Assembly (NCBI GenBank): GCA_024695405.1
Contig: JAILIF010000030.1
Span: 1 to 57,411, forward strand
From: Bacilli bacterium
GTDB lineage: Bacteria; Bacillota_I; Bacilli_A; RFN20; CAG-826
DNA length: 57,411 nucleotides
Direction of reading: 5' to 3'
How positions within the stretch are numbered: position 1 is the stretch's first letter; each line of letters begins with the position of its first letter. Below the pieces are notes generated by a model. The model ran no database searches and was not told the DNA's origin. It saw only the letters and a program-made list of their open reading frames with translations. Of this stretch, positions 1 through 10,457 are shown in pieces. A program made the translations under genes and the position numbers.

Positions 1-676
1 TGATGAACAAACGTTTATCTTGTTTAAAATATCTTTCAACTTTACTTGCTACTTCATGTTTAGGAGAACAGTATCCTGGTTTATCAGCAGTTTTACTTTC
101 CGCTAATAATAAGAATGTTTCTTTTTCAGAAATCTTTGATAATTGTTTCAAATCAAATTGGAAAGCTTTATTCTTCAAAGAATAATCAACAATAAAGTCT
201 CCAGTATAAACAATATATCCTTTGTCAGTATCAATAGCTATAGCTGAAGAATAACAGCAGTTATGTGTTGTTTGGAAAAAGATAATTTTTCTATTCGCAA
301 CCACTATTTCATCTGATGGTTTAACTTCATAGAAATGGAAATCTACTTTAACCCCTTGAATTTCAGCTTGCTTTTCCATAATCATGCGAGTGGCTTTGCT
401 ACAGAAAATTGGAGCCTGAGCATCTTTGTAGAAATATTTAAGCGCAGCCATGTTTTCATCATGTCCGTGCGTAATAAAATAACCCTTTAAGCGAGATTTG
501 TTTTCAATGAGGTATTTTGCATTTGGTAAAAGGAAATCAACACCTGGAATTGTTTTATCAGGTGCAACAGTTCCACAATCTAAAACAAAGATATCATTGT
601 TGATTTCAACAATGTAACAATCTCTTCCTTTCTCATCAAGCCCACTTAAAGGCAAAACTTTAATAATATCAGCCAT
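1..676 (-). CDS. rnj: Ribonuclease J family, N-terminal part running off the window; J2-like motif
   Basis: Not in the ORF track. Manual translation from ATG 676 gives MADIIKVLPLSGLDEKGRDCYIVEINNDIFVLDCG...PGVDFLLPN...YFITHGHDEN. The metallo-beta-lactamase motif THGHDEN matches RNase J2 rather than J1 (THGHEDH). SD AGGTGAGG upstream. Confidence 0.88.
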   Translation of the reverse strand, partial: MADIIKVLPLSGLDEKGRDCYIVEINNDIFVLDCGTVAPDKTIPGVDFLLPNAKYLIENKSRLKGYFITHGHDENMAALKYFYKDAQAPIFCSKATRMIMEKQAEIQGVKVDFHFYEVKPSDEIVVANRKIIFFQTTHNCCYSSAIAIDTDKGYIVYTGDFIVDYSLKNKAFQFDLKQLSKISEKETFLLLAESKTADKPGYCSPKHEVASKVERYFKQDKRLFI

Positions 677-758
677 AAAAAACCTCACCTCTATATTTGA
701 TTATTGGCTATGCAAAATCTTCGAGTTTATTATATATCAAAATATATAAATATCAAGA

Positions 759-1100
759 TTAATCGATATTTTTTGTAATAACAATATTTGCACCAGTATC
801 TAAGATGTTTTCTAAGACTACATCTCCAATTCTAGTAGGAGCGTTAACTGATAAAGTGTTTATTACTTTCATCACTTCAAAAATCATTCCTTTTGGAACT
901 GCACAAGTTGTTTTAACGCTAACAACTGTATCTTTTCTATTTTTTACTCTTATTGTTGTAGTTATTGTTCTTTTTGGATTGGTAATTTCATTAATCGCGT
1001 ATTCTTTTCCTCTAGGACAAAAATTACCAGTTACGTTACCGTTATCATCCACTTTTAAAGAACACCCTCTAGGACAAATTATGCATGTAAATTCTTTCAT
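759..1100 (-). CDS. DUF1667-type small Cys-rich (Fe-S/Zn) protein
   Basis: TCIICPRGC and GNFCPRG motifs; third gene of the FAD-oxidoreductase trio. Confidence 0.8.
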   Translation of the reverse strand: MKEFTCIICPRGCSLKVDDNGNVTGNFCPRGKEYAINEITNPKRTITTTIRVKNRKDTVVSVKTTCAVPKGMIFEVMKVINTLSVNAPTRIGDVVLENILDTGANIVITKNID

Positions 1101-1101
1101 A

Positions 1102-2346
1102 TTATTTGTCCTCCAATTGTATAGTTAAATTGTCAGTGATTTGAGCAAGTTTATCTTTAGATAAGTTAATAAGTAACATCTCACTAGGAATAACTGCTGA
1201 TTTATATATTTTTTGGATTAAATTATCACCGCTTTTAATCATTACCCATTGATCTTTTAAAGGCTTACGAACTCTTAATTTTAAAGTGATATTTTCGTCA
1301 GCGTTTTTGTTAATAAATTGGGGCACAATATAGCTCACTCCATTGCCCGCAATTGTCTTGATATCATTTTCTTTATGGATTCTTTTTTGCAAATATAAAG
1401 CAGCACCATGTCCTGCAGTTCTTCCTTCGTCAGTAACAAAGTCAACTACATCATGAACATGTAAGCAGTTTCCGCATGAGAAAATGCCATCAATCATAGT
1501 CTCCATGTAGTTATTAACTACAGCACCTTTAGTTGAACTAGTTGGACAATCAACATTATTTAATAATGATATATACGGAATTAATCCAACAGAAAGAACT
1601 AAAGTATCACACTCAATTTCCATTTCTGTTCCTGGTATAAAATTCATTTTTTCGTCTACTGCAGAAAGTATGACTTTTTCTAGTCTATCTTTGCCAATTG
1701 TTCTTGAAACGCTTCTAGATAGATAAAGAGGAATATCATAATCTTTTAGACATTGTTGAATATTTCTATTCAAACCAGCACTATAAGGCATAATTTCACT
1801 AACACAAATTACCTTTGCGCCTTCTAAATTTAAACGTCTTGCCATGATAAGGCCAATGTCGCCGCTTCCTAAAATAACAACACGTTTTCCAACCATATAG
1901 CCCTTAATGTTACAGTATTTTTGTGCAGCACCTGCAGTAATAATTCCTGAACATCTATCTCCAGGAGTTTGAATCGCACCAGCACTTCTTTCATAACAAC
2001 CAGTTGCCATAACGACTGCTTTTGCTTTCAAAGTTTCAAACTTACCATCTTTAGAATAACTAATTACTTTATCTTTAGATAAATCTAATACTTGTGCACC
2101 ACATTCATATGGAATCTTTTCTGTGATAACTTGATCGACAAAGCGTTGTAAATATTCTGGCCCAGTTAACTCTTCTTTAAATTCAGTTAAGCCAAAACCA
2201 TTATGAATACATTGAGTTAAAATACCACCCAATGAGTCTTCTTTTTCCAATATTAGAATATCATGAATTCCTTCTTTTCTAGCTTGAAGGGCTGCAGCCA
2301 TTCCAGCGGAACCACCGCCAATAACTACAAGATCAACTGTTCTCAT
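1102..2346 (-). CDS. FAD-dependent pyridine nucleotide-disulfide oxidoreductase
   Basis: GGGSAG dinucleotide motif, GILTQCIHNGFG, second motif GSGDIG, CGNCLHVHD. Confidence 0.85.
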   Translation of the reverse strand: MRTVDLVVIGGGSAGMAAALQARKEGIHDILILEKEDSLGGILTQCIHNGFGLTEFKEELTGPEYLQRFVDQVITEKIPYECGAQVLDLSKDKVISYSKDGKFETLKAKAVVMATGCYERSAGAIQTPGDRCSGIITAGAAQKYCNIKGYMVGKRVVILGSGDIGLIMARRLNLEGAKVICVSEIMPYSAGLNRNIQQCLKDYDIPLYLSRSVSRTIGKDRLEKVILSAVDEKMNFIPGTEMEIECDTLVLSVGLIPYISLLNNVDCPTSSTKGAVVNNYMETMIDGIFSCGNCLHVHDVVDFVTDEGRTAGHGAALYLQKRIHKENDIKTIAGNGVSYIVPQFINKNADENITLKLRVRKPLKDQWVMIKSGDNLIQKIYKSAVIPSEMLLINLSKDKLAQITDNLTIQLEDK

Positions 2347-2348
2347 AA

Positions 2349-3803
2349 TTATTTGCCCTCCTTAATTTTTTTAAGAAGAATATTACTTCCTTCATCGTCA
2401 TATAAAACATCTAACGGTGAAATATTATAATAATCTGCTAAAATTTCTACTACTTTAGATTGGCAAAATCCACCTTGGCATAGCCCAAATCCTGCTCTAC
2501 ATCTTTTCTTAATTCCTTTTACTGTAGTAGGTGCAGCGTTTCTAGATAATGCGTCTTTAATTTCTCCTAAAGAAACTCGTTCACAGTTACAAATAATACG
2601 TCCAAAATCAGGATTATTTTTTATATATTCTACTTTTTCTTCATGACCCATTTTATTAAGTCTAATATGTTTTCTTATTCTTGGATTGTAGTTTTTGTTC
2701 TCTATAAGAGAACATACTTTATTAACTAGTTCTTTCACTACATACTCTGCAATTGCTGGAGCACATACAAATCCAGGAGATTCTATACCTGCGACATTTA
2801 TAAAATGATTATCAGTTTTTGCATACTCAATTATAAAATCATGTCTAGTTGTTGTAGGTCTATTTCCGGAGAAAACTCTAATAACCTTATTTAAAGGAAC
2901 GCTTGGAACCATATCTAAAATTTGGGCTTTTACTTTATCTAAAGTAGGTTTATCAGTAGAAACATCATCATAATCATCTATTAACTCACTACTAGGACCT
3001 AATAAATAATTATTACTTGTAGTTGGGGTTATCAAAATACCCTTACCTTTTTCACTGGGCATTGGAAAAATAGTGTGGTTTACAAAGCCATCCAAGAAAT
3101 GATCTAATACAAAGTATTCTCCACGTCTTGGTGTTGTTTTCCAATCAATCGGCTCTATCATTGCTGCTATTTGATCACTATGAACACCAGCGCAGTTAAT
3201 CACTATGTTTGTTTTGAATTCGTTTTTATTAGTTCCAACTATAAAATAGTCGTTTTCTTTCTTAATTGAGAGAACTTTGTTATTTAAAAGAAGCTCTACA
3301 CCATTATCAACTGCGTTTTCGATTACATTAACAACAGCGTTAAATGGATCGATAATGCCCGCTGTTGGAGCATATAATGCAGCTTTAACTTTAGGAGAAA
3401 TATTAGGTTCCAATTCTTTAACTTCTTCAGGAGTTAATAATTTAGTTGGAATCCCATTTTTATTACTTCTTTCAATAAGTTCTTTTAATAAAGGAACCTG
3501 TTCATCATATAAAGCAACAGTTAAAGAACCTTTACGAGTAAAGTCTATATCAAGTTCATCAGCTATCTCATCCCACATAGGATTAGCTAAAGCATTAAAT
3601 TTAGCTTTTAAAGTTCCTGGAGCAGGATCATAACCACTATGAATAATAGCGCTATTTGCACCTGAGCATCCATTTCCAACATCATTATGTGCTTCAATTA
3701 ATCCTACTTTTAAATCATATTTAGATAGTTCTCTTGATACAAAAGCACCAAGAATACCGGCGCCCACTACTAAAACGTCATATTTTGAATCTAAGTTTTT
3801 CAT
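2349..3803 (-). CDS. GlpA/LhgO-like FAD-dependent oxidoreductase with C-terminal BFD-like [2Fe-2S] domain (putative glycerol-3-phosphate dehydrogenase)
   Basis: GAGILG, SGANSAIIHSGYD, AGIESPG; C-terminal ICNCE...RCRAGFGLCQGGFC. Confidence 0.8.
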   Translation of the reverse strand: MKNLDSKYDVLVVGAGILGAFVSRELSKYDLKVGLIEAHNDVGNGCSGANSAIIHSGYDPAPGTLKAKFNALANPMWDEIADELDIDFTRKGSLTVALYDEQVPLLKELIERSNKNGIPTKLLTPEEVKELEPNISPKVKAALYAPTAGIIDPFNAVVNVIENAVDNGVELLLNNKVLSIKKENDYFIVGTNKNEFKTNIVINCAGVHSDQIAAMIEPIDWKTTPRRGEYFVLDHFLDGFVNHTIFPMPSEKGKGILITPTTSNNYLLGPSSELIDDYDDVSTDKPTLDKVKAQILDMVPSVPLNKVIRVFSGNRPTTTRHDFIIEYAKTDNHFINVAGIESPGFVCAPAIAEYVVKELVNKVCSLIENKNYNPRIRKHIRLNKMGHEEKVEYIKNNPDFGRIICNCERVSLGEIKDALSRNAAPTTVKGIKKRCRAGFGLCQGGFCQSKVVEILADYYNISPLDVLYDDEGSNILLKKIKEGK

Positions 3804-3901
3804 TTGTTAATAATATTGTATAACAATATGCTTATTATTAAAACCTTTTTATTCAAAAGAAAAAGAGCAATTTGCTCTTCTCTTTAGTTAAGTGATTTCA
3901 A

Positions 3902-4630
3902 TTAACATTTCACATATTCAGTTATTAAAGTGAAAGTAATCGGCATTATGTCTTCAATAACTTCATCACCGTCACCTCTGGCTAGATCTTCGTTTTTACT
4001 AATTGAGTAAGAACAGTTCATTTGTGAAAATAGAACATTAGCACCAGTTGTCCCGGTGGTACTATATGAAATTTCATCATCAGTTATTTTAAAGCCTAAC
4101 AATTTATAAGGTTTATTTGCATCGATGTAGTATCTTTCACTACCTTTAGGCTTCGGTGTAGCATTTGTTAAATTGTCTAAAAAATAATCTTCGAAAGTTT
4201 TACTATAATAAATTTCGCCAGCTTCTGCTTTTGCTGAAAGAATTTCACTATTTTTAACATTGGAATTAATAAAATTAACACAATCCTCTTCATTATCACC
4301 AGTAATATCTACTCTTACACTTATTGCATCATTATCAGTGAACATTACCCAATAGTATTCTGACTTGTGCATATAATCATTCGTTGAACAATTAGCTGCT
4401 GCAAGACCTTTGATATAATTGACATCATCGGTAATTCCTTTAGCTTTCTTGTATTCGTTATTTGCAATTGTTTCTAATGAACTATAAAGAGTTTCAGCTT
4501 TCTTTAGTAAAGTGTTATCTTTAACTTTGAATTCATTTTTTTCACACGCTACCGCACCAAAAAGTAATCCAGCTGATAATGTTGCACAAATAAAACTAGT
4601 TTTTTTAATACTATGCTTTTGATTAATCAT
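3902..4630 (-). CDS. Hypothetical lipoprotein
   Basis: Basic N-terminus, hydrophobic stretch, lipobox-like AVAC. Confidence 0.6.
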   Translation of the reverse strand: MINQKHSIKKTSFICATLSAGLLFGAVACEKNEFKVKDNTLLKKAETLYSSLETIANNEYKKAKGITDDVNYIKGLAAANCSTNDYMHKSEYYWVMFTDNDAISVRVDITGDNEEDCVNFINSNVKNSEILSAKAEAGEIYYSKTFEDYFLDNLTNATPKPKGSERYYIDANKPYKLLGFKITDDEISYSTTGTTGANVLFSQMNCSYSISKNEDLARGDGDEVIEDIMPITFTLITEYVKC

Positions 4631-4689
4631 TGTTATAACCCCCTAATAAAAACAAAAATATTTTCTTACACTATTAGCAAAAAGTCTAG

Positions 4690-4715
4690 TAGAAAAAGAA
4701 AAGCCCCGAAGGGCT
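4690..4715 (-). terminator. Intrinsic terminator of pnp
   Basis: AGCCC-TTCG-GGGCT hairpin followed by a T-rich run on the minus strand. Confidence 0.8.
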
Positions 4716-4724
4716 AATCTATAA

Positions 4725-6935
4725 TTACTTTTTGAATTTCTTTGGGCCTTTGAATGAATTGTCAGGTTTATGAGAATGTTGCATTCTTGCGTTCTTCTCA
4801 GCTTCTGGATCATAATTCTCAGGTTTTTCAGCGAATTCTTTGTGAGAAACTTTAACTTTACCTTTGTCATCAATTTCAGTGACTCTGACTTTAATTTTAT
4901 CACCGAGTTTAACAACATCACTTGCTTTGTTAATGAATCCCCATCCTAAGGATGAAATATGGCATAAGCCATCAATATTTCCGAATAAGTGGACAAATGC
5001 ACCATAATCTTCGATTCTAGTGACTTCGCCCTCGAAAACTTCACCAACTTTAGCTTCTCTAACGATATCTAAAATTGCTTGTTTTGTATTGTTGATGACC
5101 GCTCTATCCATGTGGTAGATAGTAACTTGTCCGTTATCTTCAATGTCAATTTTGACATTATCGTTCTTAGCAATGATTTCGTTAATGACTTTACCGCCAG
5201 TACCGATAACATCTCTAATCTTGTCAGCATCAATATAGAATGTATCCATCTTTGGAGCATATTTACCGACATCTTTACGTGGTTCGGAAATAGCTTTTGC
5301 CATGACTTCTCTAATTTGAGCACGTGCAACGTGAGCTTGAGCAAGAGCTTCTTTTAAGACTTCACGAGTGACACCTTTGATTTTGATATCCATTTGTAAT
5401 GCAGTAATACCTTTTTCAGTACCAGCAACTTTGAAGTCCATATCGCCGAAGTGATCTTCTAAGCCTTGGATATCAGTAAGAATTGTGTATGGGTGTTTAC
5501 CATCTAATGGACCACTACTAATTAAGCCCATTGCGATACCAGAAACCATAGCTTTGATTGGAACACCAGCAGCCATTAATGACATACATGATGCACAAAT
5601 AGATGCTTGTGAAGATGAACCATTAGATTCACAAACTTCAGCAACTGTTCTGATTGTGTATGGGAATTCTTCTTCAGAAGGAATAACATAGCTTAATGCT
5701 CTTTCACCTAAAGCACCATGACCGATTTCTCTACGGCCTGGGGAACCCATTCTACCAACTTCACCAACTGAGTAAGGTGGGAAATTGTAATGATGCATCC
5801 AGTGTCTTGTTTCTTCTGGAGTTAAATTATCAATAATTTGTTCATCAGATTTTGCACCTAATGTTGTAATTGAGATAACTTGTGTTTGACCACGAGTGAA
5901 CATAGCAGAACCATGTACTCTTGGTAATAAGTCGACTTGAGCGTCTAGCGGACGGATTTCATCAACTTTACGGCCATCTGGTCTAATTTTTTCATCAGTG
6001 ATTAATCTTCTAACTTCTTTAGCGACTAATCCTTCTAATGTTTCATTGACCATGTGCATTGCTTTTTGATGGTCTTTTTCGTTTTCATATTTACGTGTAT
6101 CGTAATCATCTAAGATTTCGTTTTCGATAGCATCAATTGCGTCTTGTCTTTCTAACTTATCAAAGATAGAGATAGCTTTTTTAAGTCTTTCTTCTGCTCT
6201 GTCAGTGACATCTTTAAGAATTGTTGGATCACATTGATATAATTCGATTTCTCTTTTTGGTTTGCCGATTTCTTTAATGATTTCTTCTTGCCATGCGCAT
6301 AATTTCTTAATTGCTTCATGACCAAACATTAAAGCATCCAACATTGTATCTTCATCTAATTGATCAGCACCTGCTTCAACCATGTTGATAGCATCTTTAG
6401 TACCTGCAACAGTTAAATTTAAATCACTTGCTTCTTTTTCAGCGACAGTTGGGTTAATGATGAATTTACCGTTAACTCTACCAACTTGAACACCAGCAAT
6501 TGGACCATCAAATGGAATATCAGAAATGCCTAATGCTAAGGAAGAACCTAACATTGCAGTCATTTCAGGAGTGCAATCTTGGTCAACAGACATAACTGTG
6601 TTGACGATTTGAACTTCGTTTCTGAATCCTTCAGAGAACATTGGTCTAATTGGACGGTCAATTAATCTTGCAGTTAAAGTAGCATGTTCGCCTGCTCTGC
6701 CTTCTCTTCTCAAGAAGGAACCAGGGATTTTACCTACTGCATATTGCTTTTCTTCATAACCAACAGTTAATGGGAAGAAATCTCCCTCTTTTGGTTCATC
6801 GGAACAGCAAACTGTGGAAAGAACAACTGTTTCATTGAGTCTTACTAATACAGCGCCGTCAGCTTGTTTAGCAATCTCGCCAGTTTCAACTACAAACTTC
6901 TTTCCTTCGAACTCTAATTCGAATACTTTTTTCAT
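4725..6935 (-). CDS. pnp: Polyribonucleotide nucleotidyltransferase (PNPase)
   Basis: [34 protein letters not shown] and S1 domains; follows rpsO. Confidence 0.98.
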   Translation of the reverse strand: MKKVFELEFEGKKFVVETGEIAKQADGAVLVRLNETVVLSTVCCSDEPKEGDFFPLTVGYEEKQYAVGKIPGSFLRREGRAGEHATLTARLIDRPIRPMFSEGFRNEVQIVNTVMSVDQDCTPEMTAMLGSSLALGISDIPFDGPIAGVQVGRVNGKFIINPTVAEKEASDLNLTVAGTKDAINMVEAGADQLDEDTMLDALMFGHEAIKKLCAWQEEIIKEIGKPKREIELYQCDPTILKDVTDRAEERLKKAISIFDKLERQDAIDAIENEILDDYDTRKYENEKDHQKAMHMVNETLEGLVAKEVRRLITDEKIRPDGRKVDEIRPLDAQVDLLPRVHGSAMFTRGQTQVISITTLGAKSDEQIIDNLTPEETRHWMHHYNFPPYSVGEVGRMGSPGRREIGHGALGERALSYVIPSEEEFPYTIRTVAEVCESNGSSSQASICASCMSLMAAGVPIKAMVSGIAMGLISSGPLDGKHPYTILTDIQGLEDHFGDMDFKVAGTEKGITALQMDIKIKGVTREVLKEALAQAHVARAQIREVMAKAISEPRKDVGKYAPKMDTFYIDADKIRDVIGTGGKVINEIIAKNDNVKIDIEDNGQVTIYHMDRAVINNTKQAILDIVREAKVGEVFEGEVTRIEDYGAFVHLFGNIDGLCHISSLGWGFINKASDVVKLGDKIKVRVTEIDDKGKVKVSHKEFAEKPENYDPEAEKNARMQHSHKPDNSFKGPKKFKK

Positions 6936-7009
6936 TTTCTTTTCCTCTTTTTAATTTTTCAACTCCACCATTATATGAAATATATAAAAGTTTGTAAACA
7001 CACTTTTAT

Positions 7010-7040
7010 AGAAAAGAAAAAGCCACTCAAACGAGCGGCT
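7010..7040 (-). terminator. Intrinsic terminator of rpsO
   Basis: AGCCGCTC-GTTT-GAGTGGCT hairpin plus T run on the minus strand. Confidence 0.75.
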
Positions 7041-7060
7041 AGTTCATACATCTTGATAAC

Positions 7061-7330
7061 TTATTTTCTTAAGCCTAAATCAGCGATAAGTTTAGAATAA
7101 GCATCTCTGTCTTTGTTGACAAGATAAGCCAATAAGCTTCTTCTTTGACCAACTAAAATCATAAGTGAACGTTTTGAATTTGCGTCTTTATGATTTTTCT
7201 TTAGGTGAGCTGTTAATGCATTGATTTGATCAGTTAAGATTGCAACTTGAACTTGAACAGAACCAGTGTCTTTTTCGTTCTTACCAAACTTTTTAACTAA
7301 CTCTGCTTTTCTTTCTTTGGAAACTGCCAT
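7061..7330 (-). CDS. rpsO: 30S ribosomal protein S15
   Basis: DTGSVQVQVAILT...HKD..SKRSL..LVGQRRSLLAYL; 89 aa. Confidence 0.98.
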   Translation of the reverse strand: MAVSKERKAELVKKFGKNEKDTGSVQVQVAILTDQINALTAHLKKNHKDANSKRSLMILVGQRRSLLAYLVNKDRDAYSKLIADLGLRK

Positions 7331-7339
7331 TGAAATATC

Positions 7340-7410
7340 CCTCCTAAGAATCTACTTGGCTATAAACAATGTTAAACGTTTGGGAATCGTTAAACTTTGT
7401 CTAAGCTGCG
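7340..7410 (-). promoter_or_regulatory. Putative S15 autoregulatory leader RNA
   Basis: Long bulged hairpin at 7359-7406 (GCT-TAGACAA-AGTTTAACG / CGTTTAAC-ATTGTTTA-TAGC) just upstream of the SD; rpsO leaders are established in Firmicutes. Confidence 0.5.
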
Positions 7411-7449
7411 ATAAATAATATATATTTAATCTTGAGTAAAATCAATCAT

Positions 7450-8352
7450 TTAATCAACTTTCTTACTAAAGAAGTCTTTTGCAGCTAATTTATCCACATA
7501 TAGTTGATTACTTAACTCGAAATTGTTTTCAAATTTATAATTCTCTCTTACAAAATCAAGGAATTCAAATTCCATTCTTTCACCATAGATATCTTCGTTA
7601 AAATCTAATAAGAAAATTTCCAAAATTGGTGCTTCTAATTCATCAATTGTTGGATGCGTACCAAAAGATGCAATTGCGTTATATTCTTCTTCGTATAGCT
7701 TTGCTATTCCAAAATATACACCTTCTCTAGGCATGAAATAAGAATCATATAAAGCAAGGTTTGCGGTTGGGTATCCTAAACGAGCACCATTTTGAAGTCC
7801 TTTTACCACTCTACCTCTTACAGTATAGTGTCTTCCTAATAAACGATTAGCTAATGTAATTTTGCCTTTACTAAGTGCGTCAAAAATCCATCTAGAACTT
7901 ATCTTTTCATCATCAAACATTTCGTACGGAATTACTTTTGTTATGAAATATTTACTAAGCAAATCAACATCACCTTGTTTGTTATAACCGAATGTATAAT
8001 CAGCACCACAAACACAAACTGATGGTTTTAAAGTCTTTATTTGATTAAGGAAATCTTCGGCACTAGCTTTAATTAAAGCTTCAGACATTTCGATTTCAAG
8101 ATAATAATCAACGTTTAATTGCTGTAATAATTGGATTTTAACGTATGTAGGTGTCAATAACTCAGTAGAGCCATTCAAAAAATTGTAAGCAGAATTGCTA
8201 AATGAAAGAACTGCTACTTTCTTTCCAAGTTTCTTGGCTTCATTAATAATTTTTTGGTGTCCTAAATGAACACCATCAAAAAAACCAAGGCATAAAACTA
8301 TATCGCCATCTAAAGATGGAAAACTACGATAATCAAATTCAAATACATCCAT
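7450..8352 (-). CDS. ribF: Bifunctional riboflavin kinase / FAD synthetase
   Basis: LGFFDGVHLGHQ, ISS motif, LGYPTAN; downstream of truB. Confidence 0.95.
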   Translation of the reverse strand: MDVFEFDYRSFPSLDGDIVLCLGFFDGVHLGHQKIINEAKKLGKKVAVLSFSNSAYNFLNGSTELLTPTYVKIQLLQQLNVDYYLEIEMSEALIKASAEDFLNQIKTLKPSVCVCGADYTFGYNKQGDVDLLSKYFITKVIPYEMFDDEKISSRWIFDALSKGKITLANRLLGRHYTVRGRVVKGLQNGARLGYPTANLALYDSYFMPREGVYFGIAKLYEEEYNAIASFGTHPTIDELEAPILEIFLLDFNEDIYGERMEFEFLDFVRENYKFENNFELSNQLYVDKLAAKDFFSKKVD

Positions 8353-9217
8353 TATTGTTTAAATTCCTAGCACAAAAATAATATTCGTGTTCCTTTACTT
8401 GGTAAATCGCTTGAACATTATTCTTAGAATCTACCACACAATATTGTGTGCACAAGTCAGGGAATAATTTCAATGATAATTTACCACCATGCTTAACTTT
8501 TTTAAGAGTTTCTTCATCGTTTATTTTATAAACAGGCATATAAGTTTTTATGACTTCAAACATATCAAGTGCATCATCTTCATTAATAGAATCAATACTT
8601 TTAGCGTCCTCTAATTTGAAGTCCCCTATCTGCACTCTTTCTAACTCTAGTAGATAACCTACATTATTTAATTTTTCCGCAATTGTTTCACCCAATGTTC
8701 TAATATATGTTCCTTTAGATACAGTGGCTTTGAAAGTAATCATATTGTCAGCTAAATCCAATAGGTCTAATTCGTGTATAAAAATGTCACGAGCTTTTCT
8801 TTCTACTGTTTTTCCTTCATGAGCAAGTTCGTAAAGTTTTCTTCCATCGACATGAATTGCACTTGTCATAGGTGGAATTTGTTTCTGATTTCCTAATAAA
8901 CTAGATAGTACTTTTTTAGTAGTATCTTTGTCTATTTGAGAAATTTGCTTTTCTTCAACTATTTCTCCAGTAAAATCACCTGTAGAAGTTTTCTTTCCTA
9001 AAGCAAGTTTAGCTACATATGTTTTCTTATCATTTTCCATAAAAGAAAGAAGTTTAGTCGCATCACCAAACGCAATTAATAATAAGCCAGTAGCAAATGG
9101 ATCTAACGTACCGTTATGACCTATTTTTTCTAAAGAAAATTTATGCGAAAGTTTTTTACAAACATCAAATGATGTCCAATCTCTACTCTTATTTAATAAT
9201 AAAAATCCATTTTTCAT
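8339..9217 (-). CDS. truB: tRNA pseudouridine(55) synthase
   Basis: KIGHNGTLDPFATGLL, QIPPMTSA, VSKGTYIRTL. Confidence 0.96.
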   Translation of the reverse strand: MKNGFLLLNKSRDWTSFDVCKKLSHKFSLEKIGHNGTLDPFATGLLLIAFGDATKLLSFMENDKKTYVAKLALGKKTSTGDFTGEIVEEKQISQIDKDTTKKVLSSLLGNQKQIPPMTSAIHVDGRKLYELAHEGKTVERKARDIFIHELDLLDLADNMITFKATVSKGTYIRTLGETIAEKLNNVGYLLELERVQIGDFKLEDAKSIDSINEDDALDMFEVIKTYMPVYKINDEETLKKVKHGGKLSLKLFPDLCTQYCVVDSKNNVQAIYQVKEHEYYFCARNLNNNGCI

Positions 9218-9258
9218 ATTTTAAATTGATACACATAATTATATAATTATTGCCGTAT

Positions 9259-10455
9259 ATGAAAGCAATAAGAACATTACTTGCGTGCATTAGAAAAGCT
9301 GATCAAACATATAATCTTATTCAGCACGGTGATAAAATCGTCATTGGATTGTCCGGCGGAAAAGATAGTATTGCTTTAACCTACTGCTTATCACTTTATA
9401 GAAGGTTTTCACACACAGATTTTACTATCCAACCAGTCGTTTTAAACCTTGGATTTCCTGGATTTAATCCACAACCACTTATTGAATTTTGTAGATCTTT
9501 AAATCTAGATTTAATTGTCTCTGATAATACTGATGTATATAAAATTCTTACAATTCAAAAAGAAAATCAAAATTCAAAACATCTTCCTTGCTCTATTTGT
9601 TCAAGAATGAAGAAAGCAGCAATCAATAAGATTGCTAAGGAGATTGGATTTAATAAAGTTGCTTTTGCTCATCATGCAGAAGACGCTATTGAAACATTAT
9701 TTATGAACGAGATTTATGGAGGTAGAGTCGCTACTTTTTCTCCTAAAATGCATTTAGAAAAAGCAGATATAGAATTTATCAGACCTTTAATTCATGTAAG
9801 AGAATCAGATATTAAAAAATTAATTAAGGAAGAGAATCTCCCTATAGTAGGTTCTCATTGTCCCGCAGATAAAACCACCACTAGAGAAACTATAAAAAAT
9901 ATTTTAGATGGTTTATACAAAGAATTCCCTAAAGCCAAAGAATCATTTTTATCAATGCTAAGTAATTATGAACATGAAGATTTATGGAATAACAAAATCT
10001 ATATGCAAGTAGATCAAGAAGGTCTTTCTTTAAAGCCTATCGTCGATAAAATTGATGCTTTTGCTGCATACGATATTAGAAATAAAGTGTTTTGTATCGA
10101 ACAAAAAGTCCCTTATGAATTAGAAATCATTCTTGACGAAGAAAAAGACGCACATAACTATTTAATAACACTTGGCGAAGTTCCTATTGGTCATATTAGA
10201 TATAGAAAATTAGAAGATAATAAATACAAAGTCGAAAGATTCTGCATTTTAAAAGAATACCGAAATAAACACTATGGAAAGAAAGTATTTGATTACTTCT
10301 TAAATTATTTAGGTGCTCAATTTAATCCATGTACAATTTGTTTTGATGGACAAGCATATTTAAAAGAATTCTATGAATCTTGTGGGTGTGTTGTAATTGG
10401 AGATAAATTCATGGAAGCTGGAATTGAACATTATTACATGGAGAAAAAATATTAA
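9259..10455 (+). CDS. TtcA-family PP-loop tRNA thiolase fused to a C-terminal ElaA/YjcF-like GNAT acetyltransferase
   Basis: SGGKDS, PCSICSRMK, AFAHHAEDAIET, IRPL, HCP; then IRNKVFCIEQKVP, ERFCILKEYRNKHYG, FMEAGIEH. ATG 9259 preferred over TTG 9250. Confidence 0.85.
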   Translation: MKAIRTLLACIRKADQTYNLIQHGDKIVIGLSGGKDSIALTYCLSLYRRFSHTDFTIQPVVLNLGFPGFNPQPLIEFCRSLNLDLIVSDNTDVYKILTIQKENQNSKHLPCSICSRMKKAAINKIAKEIGFNKVAFAHHAEDAIETLFMNEIYGGRVATFSPKMHLEKADIEFIRPLIHVRESDIKKLIKEENLPIVGSHCPADKTTTRETIKNILDGLYKEFPKAKESFLSMLSNYEHEDLWNNKIYMQVDQEGLSLKPIVDKIDAFAAYDIRNKVFCIEQKVPYELEIILDEEKDAHNYLITLGEVPIGHIRYRKLEDNKYKVERFCILKEYRNKHYGKKVFDYFLNYLGAQFNPCTICFDGQAYLKEFYESCGCVVIGDKFMEAGIEHYYMEKKY

Positions 10456-10457
10456 TC

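Noticed and set aside
7490-7498. Single perfect DnaA box TTATCCACA in ribF
   Set aside because: Isolated and inside coding sequence; plausible by chance in AT-rich DNA.
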